Below are positions 38,471 through 47,596 of a stretch of 64,000 nucleotides of DNA, piece after piece. How positions within the stretch are numbered: the stretch's first letter is position 1; every line of letters begins with the position of its first letter. The translations under genes and the position numbers were made by a program. The DNA is from an archaeon. GTDB taxonomy: Archaea > Iainarchaeota > Iainarchaeia > Iainarchaeales > JAAZKV01. Below the pieces are notes generated by a model. The model did not search any database. It was not told where the DNA came from and worked only from the letters and a program-made list of their open reading frames with translations. The stretch is taken from NCBI GenBank assembly GCA_041653195.1, contig JBAZFU010000001.1, forward strand, positions 70,545 to 134,544, in the 5' to 3' direction.

Positions 38471-38502
38471 GGAATTGAACCCTACCACTAGACTACGGCT
38501 GC
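38471..38502 (-). pseudogene. Orphan 5' fragment of tRNA-Gly fused to a T-loop-like scrap
   Basis: GCAGCCG TA GTCT AGTGGT AGG then GTTCAATTCC; GCAGCCG pairs 7/7 with CGGCTGC of the 3' exon at 35269-35275. Confidence 0.8.
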
Positions 38503-38514
38503 AAAATAAATTCC

Positions 38515-39225
38515 TTAAATTTTTTCCCAATAATATATCGAAACCCACAAGCAATACGGGGAAGGGGTAAACGCCCTCTCCGGCGGCTTAATCTCCCTAA
38601 AGCCATCCGGCACTTTTAGTGAGGGATTGCGTTCCTGCGTATTGAACAAAAATCTTCCGCCCTTTTTTAAAACTTTTGAAATTCCAGAAATCGCTTTCTT
38701 TTGGTCATAGGCATGCTCAACTCCAAGAGTGGAACAAACAAAATCAAGGGACTCCGGAGCAAAATACTTTGATATTTTTGACGCTTCCATAACCCGCCAC
38801 CTAATTTTGCCGCTGTTCTTCCAAGTTTTCCAAACTGGACTTCTTTTCAAGCCGGTAACTGAAAGATTTATTTTTCCGCCAATTTTTTCATACAAATCGT
38901 TTGCCAAACGCCCTGTTCCGCCACCAACCTCCAACACATTCAACCCGCCCCCGTTTTTTGCTGAAACTTTTTTTATTTCATGAAAAAGATCCACTCCAAA
39001 AAACATTTGCGAATCCCTTAAGGAAAGATTAAACGAACCGTTCCACCCCAACGTACTGTCCAATTGCCTTGCTTCCCTATGGCAGATTGCGAGCCTTTTC
39101 CTGACTTTCCAATCCTCAGTAATTGCGCCATATAACCCTTTGCCTGGAAATCTTCGCTTGGAATTCTCTTCGGCAACACGCGTCAATCTTGCCCTTTCAA
39201 TAGGGCTAATTTTTTTAACCACCAT
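38515..39225 (-). CDS. Class I SAM-dependent methyltransferase
   Basis: VLEVGGGTG motif I, SLDFVCS, VLKKGGRF. Confidence 0.85.
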   Translation of the reverse strand: MVVKKISPIERARLTRVAEENSKRRFPGKGLYGAITEDWKVRKRLAICHREARQLDSTLGWNGSFNLSLRDSQMFFGVDLFHEIKKVSAKNGGGLNVLEVGGGTGRLANDLYEKIGGKINLSVTGLKRSPVWKTWKNSGKIRWRVMEASKISKYFAPESLDFVCSTLGVEHAYDQKKAISGISKVLKKGGRFLFNTQERNPSLKVPDGFREIKPPERAFTPSPYCLWVSIYYWEKI

Positions 39226-39238
39226 AAAACCACCAAAG

Positions 39239-39310
39239 CGGGCCCGGAGGGAATCGAACCCCCATCTCGAGATCCGAAGTCTCGCCGGTTATCCATTGCC
39301 ACACGGGCCC
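39239..39310 (-). tRNA. tRNA-Arg(TCG)
   Basis: GGGCCCG...CGAGA CT TCG GA TCTCG AGAT GGGGG TTCGATT CCCTC CGGGCCC G; the D-stem is weak. Confidence 0.88.
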
Positions 39311-39460
39311 TTGAAATAATTATTTAACGCAATCATTTAATAATTCTGGCAAAAGACAGGTTTCAGATGCCGACTGGCCGAACAGCCGGCGAGAAGGCTT
39401 ATTAAAGCTTTCTTCCAAGAAAATCATTAAAGTTTTTTGAAAACTTTATTGGTGAGCAAA

Positions 39461-39616
39461 ATGAAAAAATGCGGAACATGCAGCAAAACTGTAACAAGCG
39501 AATACATAGAATTCAAATGCCCAAGTTGCGGCAAAAGCAACGTCATAAGGTGCGGGCACTGCAAAGAAACGGCAAAAACATACACCTGCGGCGAATGCGG
39601 ATTCACAGGCCCTTAA
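39461..39616 (+). CDS. Zn-ribbon protein (DUF1610/HVO_2753-like), 51 aa
   Basis: Below the track cutoff: four CxxC motifs ending CGECGFTGP; usual position upstream of EF-1beta. Confidence 0.9.
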   Translation: MKKCGTCSKTVTSEYIEFKCPSCGKSNVIRCGHCKETAKTYTCGECGFTGP

Positions 39617-39647
39617 ACAAAAACTTGCTTTTTAGCGGTGAATAAAA

Positions 39648-39905
39648 ATGGGAAACGCATTAGTCATATTCAAAATATTTACCGATCCTGAAAACATGGA
39701 CTCTGTTGAGCAGGAACTCAGAAAAATTACTGCGGGCGCATTCAAAGACTTGAAAAGAGAACCTGTAGGATTCGGAATCGAAGTAATAAGGGTAGGGTAC
39801 ATGGTCCCGGATAAAGTGGACGGAGTAATGGAAAAACTTGAAACTGCTGTTAGGGCCGTCAAGGGAATAAACGAAGTTGAAGTGGACGGCGTAACCCTTC
39901 TATAA
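39648..39905 (+). CDS. ef1b: Elongation factor 1-beta
   Basis: REPVGFGI and VKGINEVEV motifs; synteny with the Zn-ribbon gene. Confidence 0.92.
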   Translation: MGNALVIFKIFTDPENMDSVEQELRKITAGAFKDLKREPVGFGIEVIRVGYMVPDKVDGVMEKLETAVRAVKGINEVEVDGVTLL

Positions 39906-39982
39906 ACCAATCACTATAAGTGCTTCGAGCGGCACAACCCTGAGATAGCTTTTTTATTGCTTTTTAACCCCAATTCTTCCGA

Positions 39983-42022
39983 ATGATAAAATCAATAACA
40001 CTTGAAAACTGGCGCACGCACAAAAAAAGCGAATTCGAATTCGAAAAAGGAACCAATGTTATAGTCGGAATAATGGGCTCTGGAAAGAGCTCGGTTATAA
40101 ACGCGATGAGTTACGCGCTTTTCGGAACTTTTCCGGCATTGCAAAGCAAACAGGTGAGCCTCGGCGAAATAATAATGGCGCGACCGAACAAATGCGAAAC
40201 CGCAAAAATAAGCCTCTGTTTCGAATATGGGGGAAAAGAATACAAAATAGAACGAGAAATTTCCGAAACGAAAACGAATTACGCGAAACTGTTTGAAGGC
40301 GGAAAACTAATTGCGGGCCCGAAACAAAAAGATGCTAACGAAGGAATCGAAAAAATACTCGGAATAGATTATGAATTGTTTAGCAGAGCGATTTATGCCG
40401 AACAAAACGAAATCGACTTTTTCCTCAAATTGAGCCCGCGGGACAGAAAACAAAAATTCGACGACCTGCTCGGAATAGAAAAATACGAGACTGCGAGAAA
40501 AAACGCGGTTTCTTTGCAAAACCAGCTCTCAAAATCCGGAAAAGAAATGAACGAATTCCTAAAAGAACAGAAAAAAACGGTTTCGCCAAAAGAAGAGGCG
40601 GAACTCGTAAAAAAAATCGCTGAGGAGAAAAAAGCGGCGGAGGAATTTGAAAAAAAAATGGCTGAAACGAAAAAAGAAGCGGCAGAAATTGAAAAAAAAG
40701 TTGCGGAGGAAGAAGAAAAAGAAAAAGAACACAAACTATATTCAGACCTCCTGATAAAAACGAACTCGAAACTAGAAACGCTCAAAGAACAAATAGAGAA
40801 AAGCAAAATCATTTCTCTGAAAGAAATCGAGAGAAAATCAGAGAACGCGGGAAAGGAACTTAAGGAAAAAGAAAGCAAATTGAAAAGATGCGAAAAAGAA
40901 ATAGAAAAAACAGAAAAAGAATACAAAAAATGCGCGGAAGAAACGAAAGTACTTGAATACAAAAAAGAAAAACTCGAAAAAGAATTAAAAGAAATAGGAA
41001 CACTCGAAGGAAAATGCCCCACATGCAAAAGAGAGTTAACGCAGGAGTGCAAAAAAGGCCTCGAAAAAGAAATAAAAGAAAAATTAACCGAAACTGTTGC
41101 GGAAGAAAGAAAAATTGAAAAACTGGCGGAAGAAGCGAATGCGAAACTCGAAAAAGAAAAAAAATTGAGGAGGGCTTGCGAGGATGAAATAAAAAAAATG
41201 CAAAGGGAATGCTACGAACTTGAGGCAAAGCAAAAAAATGCGAAAGAAGCCGAAGAAAAAATAAAACAATTCGAGGCGCTCAAAAAAGAGCCTGAAAACT
41301 TGGAAAAGGAAATAAAAAAAATCGGATTTGAAAAACAAAAATTGGAAAAACTTCGGAAAGAATTGTTTGAAAAAAAATCAGACGCGAATGTTATTGGGGA
41401 AAAAATATCATCAAAAAAAGAGTTAACGGCGAATTACAAGAGTGAATTAAAAAAAATAGCCGAAACGAAAAAACTATTCGAGGAAACCGAAAAACGAATA
41501 CAAAAAACAGAGAAAGCCGCGGAAACACTTGGAGTGTTCGGCAACTGCCTCATCGCGACACAGAACGAATTGAGGGAATCGCTAATAGAAACAATAAACG
41601 ACGCGACCTCAAGCATCTGGCAAAAAATATACCCTTACGAGGATTACGTCGATGCAAAACTTTCTGTTGAGGAAAACGGCTACGAGTTAAGAGTGCTTAC
41701 GCGGAACGGCGAATGGGTGAGAGTAGAAGGAATACTTTCTGGCGGAGAAAGAAGCGCTGCCGCAATATGCATAAGGATAGCGTTCGCGCTCGTACTCACA
41801 AAAAAACTTTCAATGCTGATACTGGATGAGCCGACCCACAACCTCGACACTAACGCGGTTGAAAAACTCGGGAAAATGCTTCGCGACGATTTGCCGAAAA
41901 TAATCGAACAAATATTTGTGATAACTCACGACAAACAGCTGGAGAACGCGGCATCCGGAAAAATTTATCTGCTCAAAAGAAATAAAGCGGCTGACGAAGC
42001 GACGAGAATAGAAAAAATTTGA
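39983..42022 (+). CDS. rad50: Rad50-like SMC ATPase
   Basis: GIMGSGKS, coiled coil with CPTC zinc hook, LSGGE, LILDEPT, VITHD. Confidence 0.9.
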   Translation: MIKSITLENWRTHKKSEFEFEKGTNVIVGIMGSGKSSVINAMSYALFGTFPALQSKQVSLGEIIMARPNKCETAKISLCFEYGGKEYKIEREISETKTNYAKLFEGGKLIAGPKQKDANEGIEKILGIDYELFSRAIYAEQNEIDFFLKLSPRDRKQKFDDLLGIEKYETARKNAVSLQNQLSKSGKEMNEFLKEQKKTVSPKEEAELVKKIAEEKKAAEEFEKKMAETKKEAAEIEKKVAEEEEKEKEHKLYSDLLIKTNSKLETLKEQIEKSKIISLKEIERKSENAGKELKEKESKLKRCEKEIEKTEKEYKKCAEETKVLEYKKEKLEKELKEIGTLEGKCPTCKRELTQECKKGLEKEIKEKLTETVAEERKIEKLAEEANAKLEKEKKLRRACEDEIKKMQRECYELEAKQKNAKEAEEKIKQFEALKKEPENLEKEIKKIGFEKQKLEKLRKELFEKKSDANVIGEKISSKKELTANYKSELKKIAETKKLFEETEKRIQKTEKAAETLGVFGNCLIATQNELRESLIETINDATSSIWQKIYPYEDYVDAKLSVEENGYELRVLTRNGEWVRVEGILSGGERSAAAICIRIAFALVLTKKLSMLILDEPTHNLDTNAVEKLGKMLRDDLPKIIEQIFVITHDKQLENAASGKIYLLKRNKAADEATRIEKI

Positions 42023-42057
42023 ACCAAAAAAACAACTAAAAAATAAGAACAATTGCT

Positions 42058-42252
42058 TTACTGTTTTTCTTTTTTAGCAACGAGCCTGGTAATATAACCT
42101 GCAACAATGTTTCTGCTCGATTTTGAAAGCCCGAGTTCCATTGTGTCCAAAAACTTTTTGTTCTTCTCGTGGCTAGCCCCGAGAGAATCTGGAAATTCTT
42201 TCAACAAAACCTCTGACCTATATTTTAAAGATTTCAAAACAGATTTACCCAT
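42058..42252 (-). CDS. rps17e: 30S ribosomal protein S17e
   Basis: HEKNKK and SKSSRNIVAGYITR. Confidence 0.9.
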   Translation of the reverse strand: MGKSVLKSLKYRSEVLLKEFPDSLGASHEKNKKFLDTMELGLSKSSRNIVAGYITRLVAKKEKQ

Positions 42253-42269
42253 TAAAAACCACCAAAAAA

Positions 42270-42476
42270 TTATTCCAAATCAATTACTTTCATTTTCCCA
42301 TTAGGGTATTTTCTTAAAACACTTAATGGCAAAACGTGGTCCGAATATTCTTTTTCAGAAACCTCAAGCATTGTCATTTCCTTTGTGCCCTTAACAAGCG
42401 GCGGCGCACCCAGAGAAAGCTGAAGGCTCCTTGCGGAGAGAACTCTAGTAACCTCAAAACGCGTTAGTCTGACCAA
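42270..42476 (-). CDS. rpoK: RNA polymerase subunit K (Rpo6)
   Basis: LTRFEVTRVLSARSLQLSLGAPPLV and LPLSVLRKYPNG; TTG start after a GGTGA SD. Confidence 0.9.
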   Translation of the reverse strand: MVRLTRFEVTRVLSARSLQLSLGAPPLVKGTKEMTMLEVSEKEYSDHVLPLSVLRKYPNGKMKVIDLE

Positions 42477-42552
42477 TAGCTCACCAATAAGCAATAGGTT
42501 CAAAGGAAGCTTTAAAAACGTAATCAAAAAACGAAAAAAAGGAAAAAACGAA

Positions 42553-44055
42553 TCAAGCCCAAATGGATTGCCTGCCGGAAAGCCTTTTACCCGAAGAAAA
42601 GTCCTTAACGACCGGCTGGGGAAGGGAAAGCTCCTCCGAAAAGCCCTTTACAAGCGAAAGCGAAGAAAAACCCTTAACGAAAGCCCCCTTCTGGTCAGCA
42701 TACAAAACCCTATAGCCCCTCTTTTCGGAAAACTCGCGGAATTTGCTCACAGTGGATTCCTGTATGGCAGAAATGGATGCGGCCGTTTCGTGGGAAAAAA
42801 ACTTCGAATTGAGGTTCATCAACTGAAAAGGCACTTCCGCCAAAATACTTTCAATAACACCCATTTGGGAAAGAGAAAACCAATAAACCGAATCACCCTT
42901 AACAAACAAAGAATCCGAGCCCTTACTAATATTCCTGCCAAGCAAAGAAATTTCTGAAAGTACCGAAGAAAGTTCCTTGGAAAAAGAACTTTCATTTTTT
43001 TTGCAGAACCAGCTAAGAGAATGATTTTTCCCGAGAGAAACCTTTTCGTCCGAAAGAAGGCGTTTCGCGTCGCTCACAGGAACCAATTCTTTCTGACCCT
43101 TAAAGAAAGGCCCGATTGGAGGCGCTTTCAAAAAAAATTCTTTCTTCTTTTGCTCCCTCGTGAGTTTCAAAGGTTTTGATTCGTGAAAACTGGCGGAAAA
43201 ACTTTTAGAGGAACTCTCGAAAAAAAAGCCGTCCTCAAGGAAAGAAACTTCAATCAGGGAATCTGGGTAAAGGTTCGAGTCGTCAATCGTAACCGGCTGG
43301 CAACAATCACAATTCTTTGTTTCCACGCCGATGTTAAAAAAATTTTTTGTGAACAAACGGGCCCAAACGGGAGAAAAATCTATTTCGGAAACATCGCCGT
43401 AATAACCAAGCGGCGCGAATTCACGCGCAACAAAAAATTCCCCCCTTTCTCTGAAAGAAAACTGCTGGCCGGTTTTGAAATAAAAATTCTCCAAAAAACT
43501 TTCCGCAATATCCTTGGGCGAGGAAGGAATATTCTCCATTTTTATCGAGAGGGCTCTTGAAATTGCCGCTCTTTTTAACAGCGCGAGAGTTTCACTCTCA
43601 CTAAGCCTCATCGCTTCGGAAAAAGGAACTTCCTTCGTAAGAAAAAAACCTATATCGGGAAAAAAGTTTTCAATCTTTTCTGGAATTTCACCGCTCAAAT
43701 CAAACTCGTCAAAAAATTTCCAGCCTTTGCTAAGCAAAAACTGCCTTTCAGGTTCAAGCAAAAGAGGTTTCTGCCCGAAAGAAACTGCGAGCGCTGTTGA
43801 AATTCTTTTTAACTCTGAAAAATCCGAGGACTCAATTTTTTTTAAATCACTTTTTGAAGAAATGCGAAATTTTTTTATGCCAAGGGAGAGCAGCAACTCT
43901 TCGATTTGGTTTTCCGAAAGCGCAGAAGAAAAACTAATGAAAGGAAAAAAGGCGAAGCGCTCAACCTCTTTCCCGCTTTCGCTGGAAAACTCTGCGAAAA
44001 TTTGCTGCTTGTCTCCGCTGTACGCTACATCTGTTAAGTAAGCGTGTGTTGGCAT
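42553..44055 (-). CDS. Degenerate, probably inactive family B DNA polymerase-like protein
   Basis: EIDFSPVW..NIGVETKNCDCC resembles PolB motif A; GYRVLYADQKGAFV resembles motif C (YxDTD) with TD replaced by QK. Confidence 0.65.
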   Translation of the reverse strand: MPTHAYLTDVAYSGDKQQIFAEFSSESGKEVERFAFFPFISFSSALSENQIEELLLSLGIKKFRISSKSDLKKIESSDFSELKRISTALAVSFGQKPLLLEPERQFLLSKGWKFFDEFDLSGEIPEKIENFFPDIGFFLTKEVPFSEAMRLSESETLALLKRAAISRALSIKMENIPSSPKDIAESFLENFYFKTGQQFSFRERGEFFVAREFAPLGYYGDVSEIDFSPVWARLFTKNFFNIGVETKNCDCCQPVTIDDSNLYPDSLIEVSFLEDGFFFESSSKSFSASFHESKPLKLTREQKKKEFFLKAPPIGPFFKGQKELVPVSDAKRLLSDEKVSLGKNHSLSWFCKKNESSFSKELSSVLSEISLLGRNISKGSDSLFVKGDSVYWFSLSQMGVIESILAEVPFQLMNLNSKFFSHETAASISAIQESTVSKFREFSEKRGYRVLYADQKGAFVKGFSSLSLVKGFSEELSLPQPVVKDFSSGKRLSGRQSIWA

Positions 44056-44114
44056 GAAAACTGCTGTATTTTCTTTTGTTTAAAAGCGCTTTGAGGGTTC
44101 CATGCCGGTCAGCC

Positions 44115-44174
44115 TTCGGCCTTTTAAAAAAGGCCGGCGAAAAGGCTTCGCACCCCTAAAAGACTGGCGAAAAA
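44115..44174 (+). repeat. Hairpin repeat, intergenic copy resembling the tRNA-Gly(GCC) intron
   Basis: GGCCTTTTAAAAAAGGCCGGCGAAAAGGCTTCGCA...AAAAGACTGGCGAAAAA versus intron AGCCTTTTAAAAAAGGCTGGCGAAAAGGCTTCGCA...AAAAGACCGGCGAAAAA. Confidence 0.85.
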
Positions 44175-44176
44175 TT

Positions 44177-45778
44177 TTACAGAAACGAATCCGTTTCTGT
44201 TTCTGAGGCTTCTTCCGCGGCGGAAAACATTCTCGCCGCTTCCTCCAAAGAAAACTCGTGCTTGCTCGGCTGGGACTTGCGCATTCGAACTCTGAAAAAA
44301 GTCGGAGCATTAACCGCTTCGCCAAGGAGAAGCGCTTCGCCGACGCGGAGCGAAGAAACCAAATCCATGCTCGACTGGTCAAGGGCTTCGCTGCTCTCCG
44401 CAATATGCTTCAAATCATAAGGGTTCGTAATTCGGAGAATAACATTAGTGTTGCAGTTTGCAAGCGTAGTTGTGTCAAGGTGCTTTGGCCGCTGGGAAAT
44501 AATTACAAGCGACGCACCGAACTTTCTGCCCTCACGCGCAATGGTTCGCATAATTCCCTTTGCAATCGCATACTCTTCAGCCGTTTTTTCCGGAATAAAA
44601 TTATGCGCCTCTTCCAGGAAAAGCGCGAAAGGAGGAATCCCCCTTTTCAAGCGGCGATCCCTGAACAATTTATTCGCGAAATAAGCGACAATAATTTGTT
44701 TTTTGCGCTGAGAAATTATCCTACTCAAATCAATAACTGTGAGTTGGCCCTGCTTAACCAAATCCTGAATACTCGGATTATCGATTTTTGAAAACAAGTC
44801 AAGGTCCTCTAATTCGCCGACAGTAGCGAGAATAGTGGAAGCGGTTTTCTCATTCAAATCCGACTGCATTATTTCACTCTTAATCGCATTCAAATCGAAA
44901 GGACCAACACCGCTCTTCATTTCCGAAGAAAGCTTCGAAATTATTGAAGATAGTTCGCGCCTCTGAGGAGAAGAAAGCTTCGGAAGAATCATTGAAAGAA
45001 AACCAGAATCAAGTTTTGAAGCAGCAATTTTAACTTTAGATGCGTCAACTACACGCGTCTTGGAAGAAAAATCAACGTATTTTCCGGAATCTTTTTGCTG
45101 AACAGGTTCGCCGAAACAAGTGTACTCTCCGTGAATATCAAAAACGACGATTGCGATTTGGCCTTGTTCCTTTGTGCGCGACAAAATTTCTTCAATAAGA
45201 GAAGCGGCAAAAACTGATTTTCCCGCACCGCTCAAAGCGAGAACCGCCAAGTGCTTTTGAAGAAGACGGGAAAGATTCGGTGCAACATCAACATTGTGAA
45301 ACTGCATGCGCCCGAGCTTCAAACCATTATCGTCAAAACCTAAAAAATCTTTCAAGCGCGAATCTTCCGCAGCATAAACTTTTGTTCCTGGTGAGGGGGG
45401 GAAAGATGTGCGTTCAACAACAACTTTTCCTTCTGAATTTTTTTTGAAAACCCCGAGCGGACGCGCCTTTCCGAGCAAAAACTCCCACTCCGCAGTCGGA
45501 AACTTTCTTTCAAGCTCGTCGCCAATTTCCTTCACCGAATCTGGACGCTCAAAATACTTGTTCGTTTTCACAACATCATTAACGCGGCAAATCATTACTC
45601 CTTCCGAATAATCCAATTCCACAAACATTCCCTTGTGAACCTTTCCGTTATTCACAACAAAATCCATTATTGTGGGTGAGGGCCCTTCGAAAGTCGACAC
45701 AACCGTTCCTAAAACTTCTCTCTCGCCCCCAAAACTTTTCTCGACTTCCTTTGCACTTTCTTTTCCTTTAACAGCCAT
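44177..45778 (-). CDS. herA: HerA helicase/ATPase
   Basis: HAS barrel, KHLAVLALSGAGKS, FDIHGEY, LEEAHNF, REGRKFG, SQRP. Confidence 0.93.
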   Translation of the reverse strand: MAVKGKESAKEVEKSFGGEREVLGTVVSTFEGPSPTIMDFVVNNGKVHKGMFVELDYSEGVMICRVNDVVKTNKYFERPDSVKEIGDELERKFPTAEWEFLLGKARPLGVFKKNSEGKVVVERTSFPPSPGTKVYAAEDSRLKDFLGFDDNGLKLGRMQFHNVDVAPNLSRLLQKHLAVLALSGAGKSVFAASLIEEILSRTKEQGQIAIVVFDIHGEYTCFGEPVQQKDSGKYVDFSSKTRVVDASKVKIAASKLDSGFLSMILPKLSSPQRRELSSIISKLSSEMKSGVGPFDLNAIKSEIMQSDLNEKTASTILATVGELEDLDLFSKIDNPSIQDLVKQGQLTVIDLSRIISQRKKQIIVAYFANKLFRDRRLKRGIPPFALFLEEAHNFIPEKTAEEYAIAKGIMRTIAREGRKFGASLVIISQRPKHLDTTTLANCNTNVILRITNPYDLKHIAESSEALDQSSMDLVSSLRVGEALLLGEAVNAPTFFRVRMRKSQPSKHEFSLEEAARMFSAAEEASETETDSFL

Positions 45779-45791
45779 AAAAATCCCCCTC

Positions 45792-46466
45792 TTATTTTTT
45801 GTTAAGCTCGCCTAAAATTTTGAAAATTTCGTCAAGCGAACCAATAACATAATCAGGTTTAACTCCGAAATGCTCGTTACGCACTCTTGAAAGCGAACGA
45901 ACAATTCTACAAGTGCGCATGCCGACGCTATTCGCTCCGAAAATGTCTGAACGAAGGCTGTCACCGACCATCAGGCACTCTTCAGGTTTTAGTTTCAAGC
46001 CATTTAGAACTGCGTTAAATGCGGCCTTATCAGGTTTAACTGCGCCGATTTCAAAACTATAAAAAATTGAATCAAAATACTTTCGGAAATTCAGTTTTTT
46101 TTCAACTTCCTTGGCTTTGAAACTTTCTGTATTTGAAAGAAGAACAACTTTGTAACCCTCGCTTCTCAACTTCAGCAAAGTTTTCTCTGCCTCTGGATAA
46201 AAATAAACTTTGTCAAAACGATTTGCCCAAACCTCGTAAAACGCTGATTCAAGAAACTCTTCGTCCATACCGGGAAAGGCTTTCAAAAAGCCCGCACGCA
46301 GAGTCTCAAGAGAATCAAATTTCCCAAGCTGTGCAGAGCGCTCGTAACGCTCAACAAATTCCTCAACAGGAAGACCATTCTTTTCTGTAAGCGACTTCAA
46401 ATGAACGAAATCAATTGTGGTGGGAACAATAGTTTCCCACAAATCAAAAATAACCGCCTTAATCAT
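45792..46466 (-). CDS. HAD-family hydrolase
   Basis: VIFDLWET, LSN, KPD, MVGDSLRSDIFGA. Confidence 0.9.
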   Translation of the reverse strand: MIKAVIFDLWETIVPTTIDFVHLKSLTEKNGLPVEEFVERYERSAQLGKFDSLETLRAGFLKAFPGMDEEFLESAFYEVWANRFDKVYFYPEAEKTLLKLRSEGYKVVLLSNTESFKAKEVEKKLNFRKYFDSIFYSFEIGAVKPDKAAFNAVLNGLKLKPEECLMVGDSLRSDIFGANSVGMRTCRIVRSLSRVRNEHFGVKPDYVIGSLDEIFKILGELNKK

Positions 46467-46507
46467 TTTTTCACCATCAAACAAATCTCCCAAAACAATT
46501 TTCAAAC

Positions 46508-47596
46508 CTACCCGAAAGGTCTCGCGTTCCTGCGGAGCATTACCTTTGTTCCGACCTTATCGATTAACTTCTCGTAAATAATATTAATTTCATTCGGAGT
46601 GAGACGCGCGCGCAAATCCGCTTCAATCAAAATGCTCGGATAAACGTATTCTTTGTGCAAACAGCTTAGCGAAAAGACTGTTTCAGAAATTTCGTCCGCG
46701 CATTTTTTCAAACCGTCGCCGGAATTTTTTTTGCAAATGAATTCGACGCGCAAAGGCTTATCATGCGCCGAGGCTTTCAAATAAAAAACAAAAATGCTCT
46801 CCGACCACTGCTTCGAATAATCCTTCAAAATCGCGTGATTATCAGTGTTTTTCGTGTAAGGAAAAGCGAAGGTGCGCTCGCCCTCATTCAAAAAATAATC
46901 AAGGAAAACAGAGTCAAAAGTTTTTTCTAACGTGCCACGCGAAACCGAAATTTTTGATTTCGGCAAAATTTCTTCGCGCATAATCTGATTAAACCGCGAA
47001 CCGCGGGAATCCTCAACACAAGAAATTAGAGTGCACGAATTTTTTTCAGCTGCGGAGTAAAGGCTTTGAAAACACTCCACAATAGAATGATAATCGGCAT
47101 TGATTTCGGATTCTTTGCGCGGCTTGTCCTGATACTGTGGAACAATAGAACCGTCAATAAAAAAATATTTCGGCTTAAATTTTTCAATAACCTCAATTGA
47201 AAGAGAAACTTCTTTCCTCAACCTTTCGAGAGAAGTACTCTGCCCCACTTCATCGTTTTCAAGGGAAGAGCGGAGCATAATCGGCTCGGGAAAAGAAACT
47301 ACTCTCGGCAAATAAGCGGAATTTTGCAACAATCCTTCCCTGTACTCAAAAACCACGCCCGCCGCTTTAATCAGCAAGAGGTCGAGAAAGGCGAGCTTCT
47401 TCGGAACGAAACCGGAATCAACGCCTGCAACGACAGCAGAAAGCTGAATTCTTTTAACAGGAACAACAACATTCTCAACAGAATCGGGCGCACCCTGAAT
47501 TTTTAGCGGAACTAATTTGCTGCTCAACGCCTCATGGAACGAGTGATACTGCTGAATGGCAGAAACAGCCCTATCCATAAAATCGTTGATGGCCAT
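46508..47596 (-). CDS. nurA: NurA nuclease
   Basis: AGVDSG, FIDGS, YPSILIEADLRA; adjacent to herA. Confidence 0.9.
   Translation of the reverse strand: MAINDFMDRAVSAIQQYHSFHEALSSKLVPLKIQGAPDSVENVVVPVKRIQLSAVVAGVDSGFVPKKLAFLDLLLIKAAGVVFEYREGLLQNSAYLPRVVSFPEPIMLRSSLENDEVGQSTSLERLRKEVSLSIEVIEKFKPKYFFIDGSIVPQYQDKPRKESEINADYHSIVECFQSLYSAAEKNSCTLISCVEDSRGSRFNQIMREEILPKSKISVSRGTLEKTFDSVFLDYFLNEGERTFAFPYTKNTDNHAILKDYSKQWSESIFVFYLKASAHDKPLRVEFICKKNSGDGLKKCADEISETVFSLSCLHKEYVYPSILIEADLRARLTPNEINIIYEKLIDKVGTKVMLRRNARPFG

Noticed and set aside
35268..38502. A functional tRNA-Gly with a 3-kb intron, or a trans-spliced or permuted tRNA
   Set aside because: The segment covering the D-stem 3' strand through the anticodon is missing between the halves, and no complementary leader/trailer sequences were seen. 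A genome-wide search is needed to exclude it fully.
32340..38510. Provirus or integrase-driven island
   Set aside because: No recombinase, transposase, capsid, terminase or replication gene was recognised in the region.
39983..42022. Rad50 without an adjacent mre11 as a new SMC defence system
   Set aside because: It has canonical Rad50 motifs with a zinc hook, herA and nurA are nearby, and mre11 may lie outside the window.
42270..42527. Possible RNase P or SRP RNA in a GC-richer gap
   Set aside because: Explained by rpoK on the minus strand.
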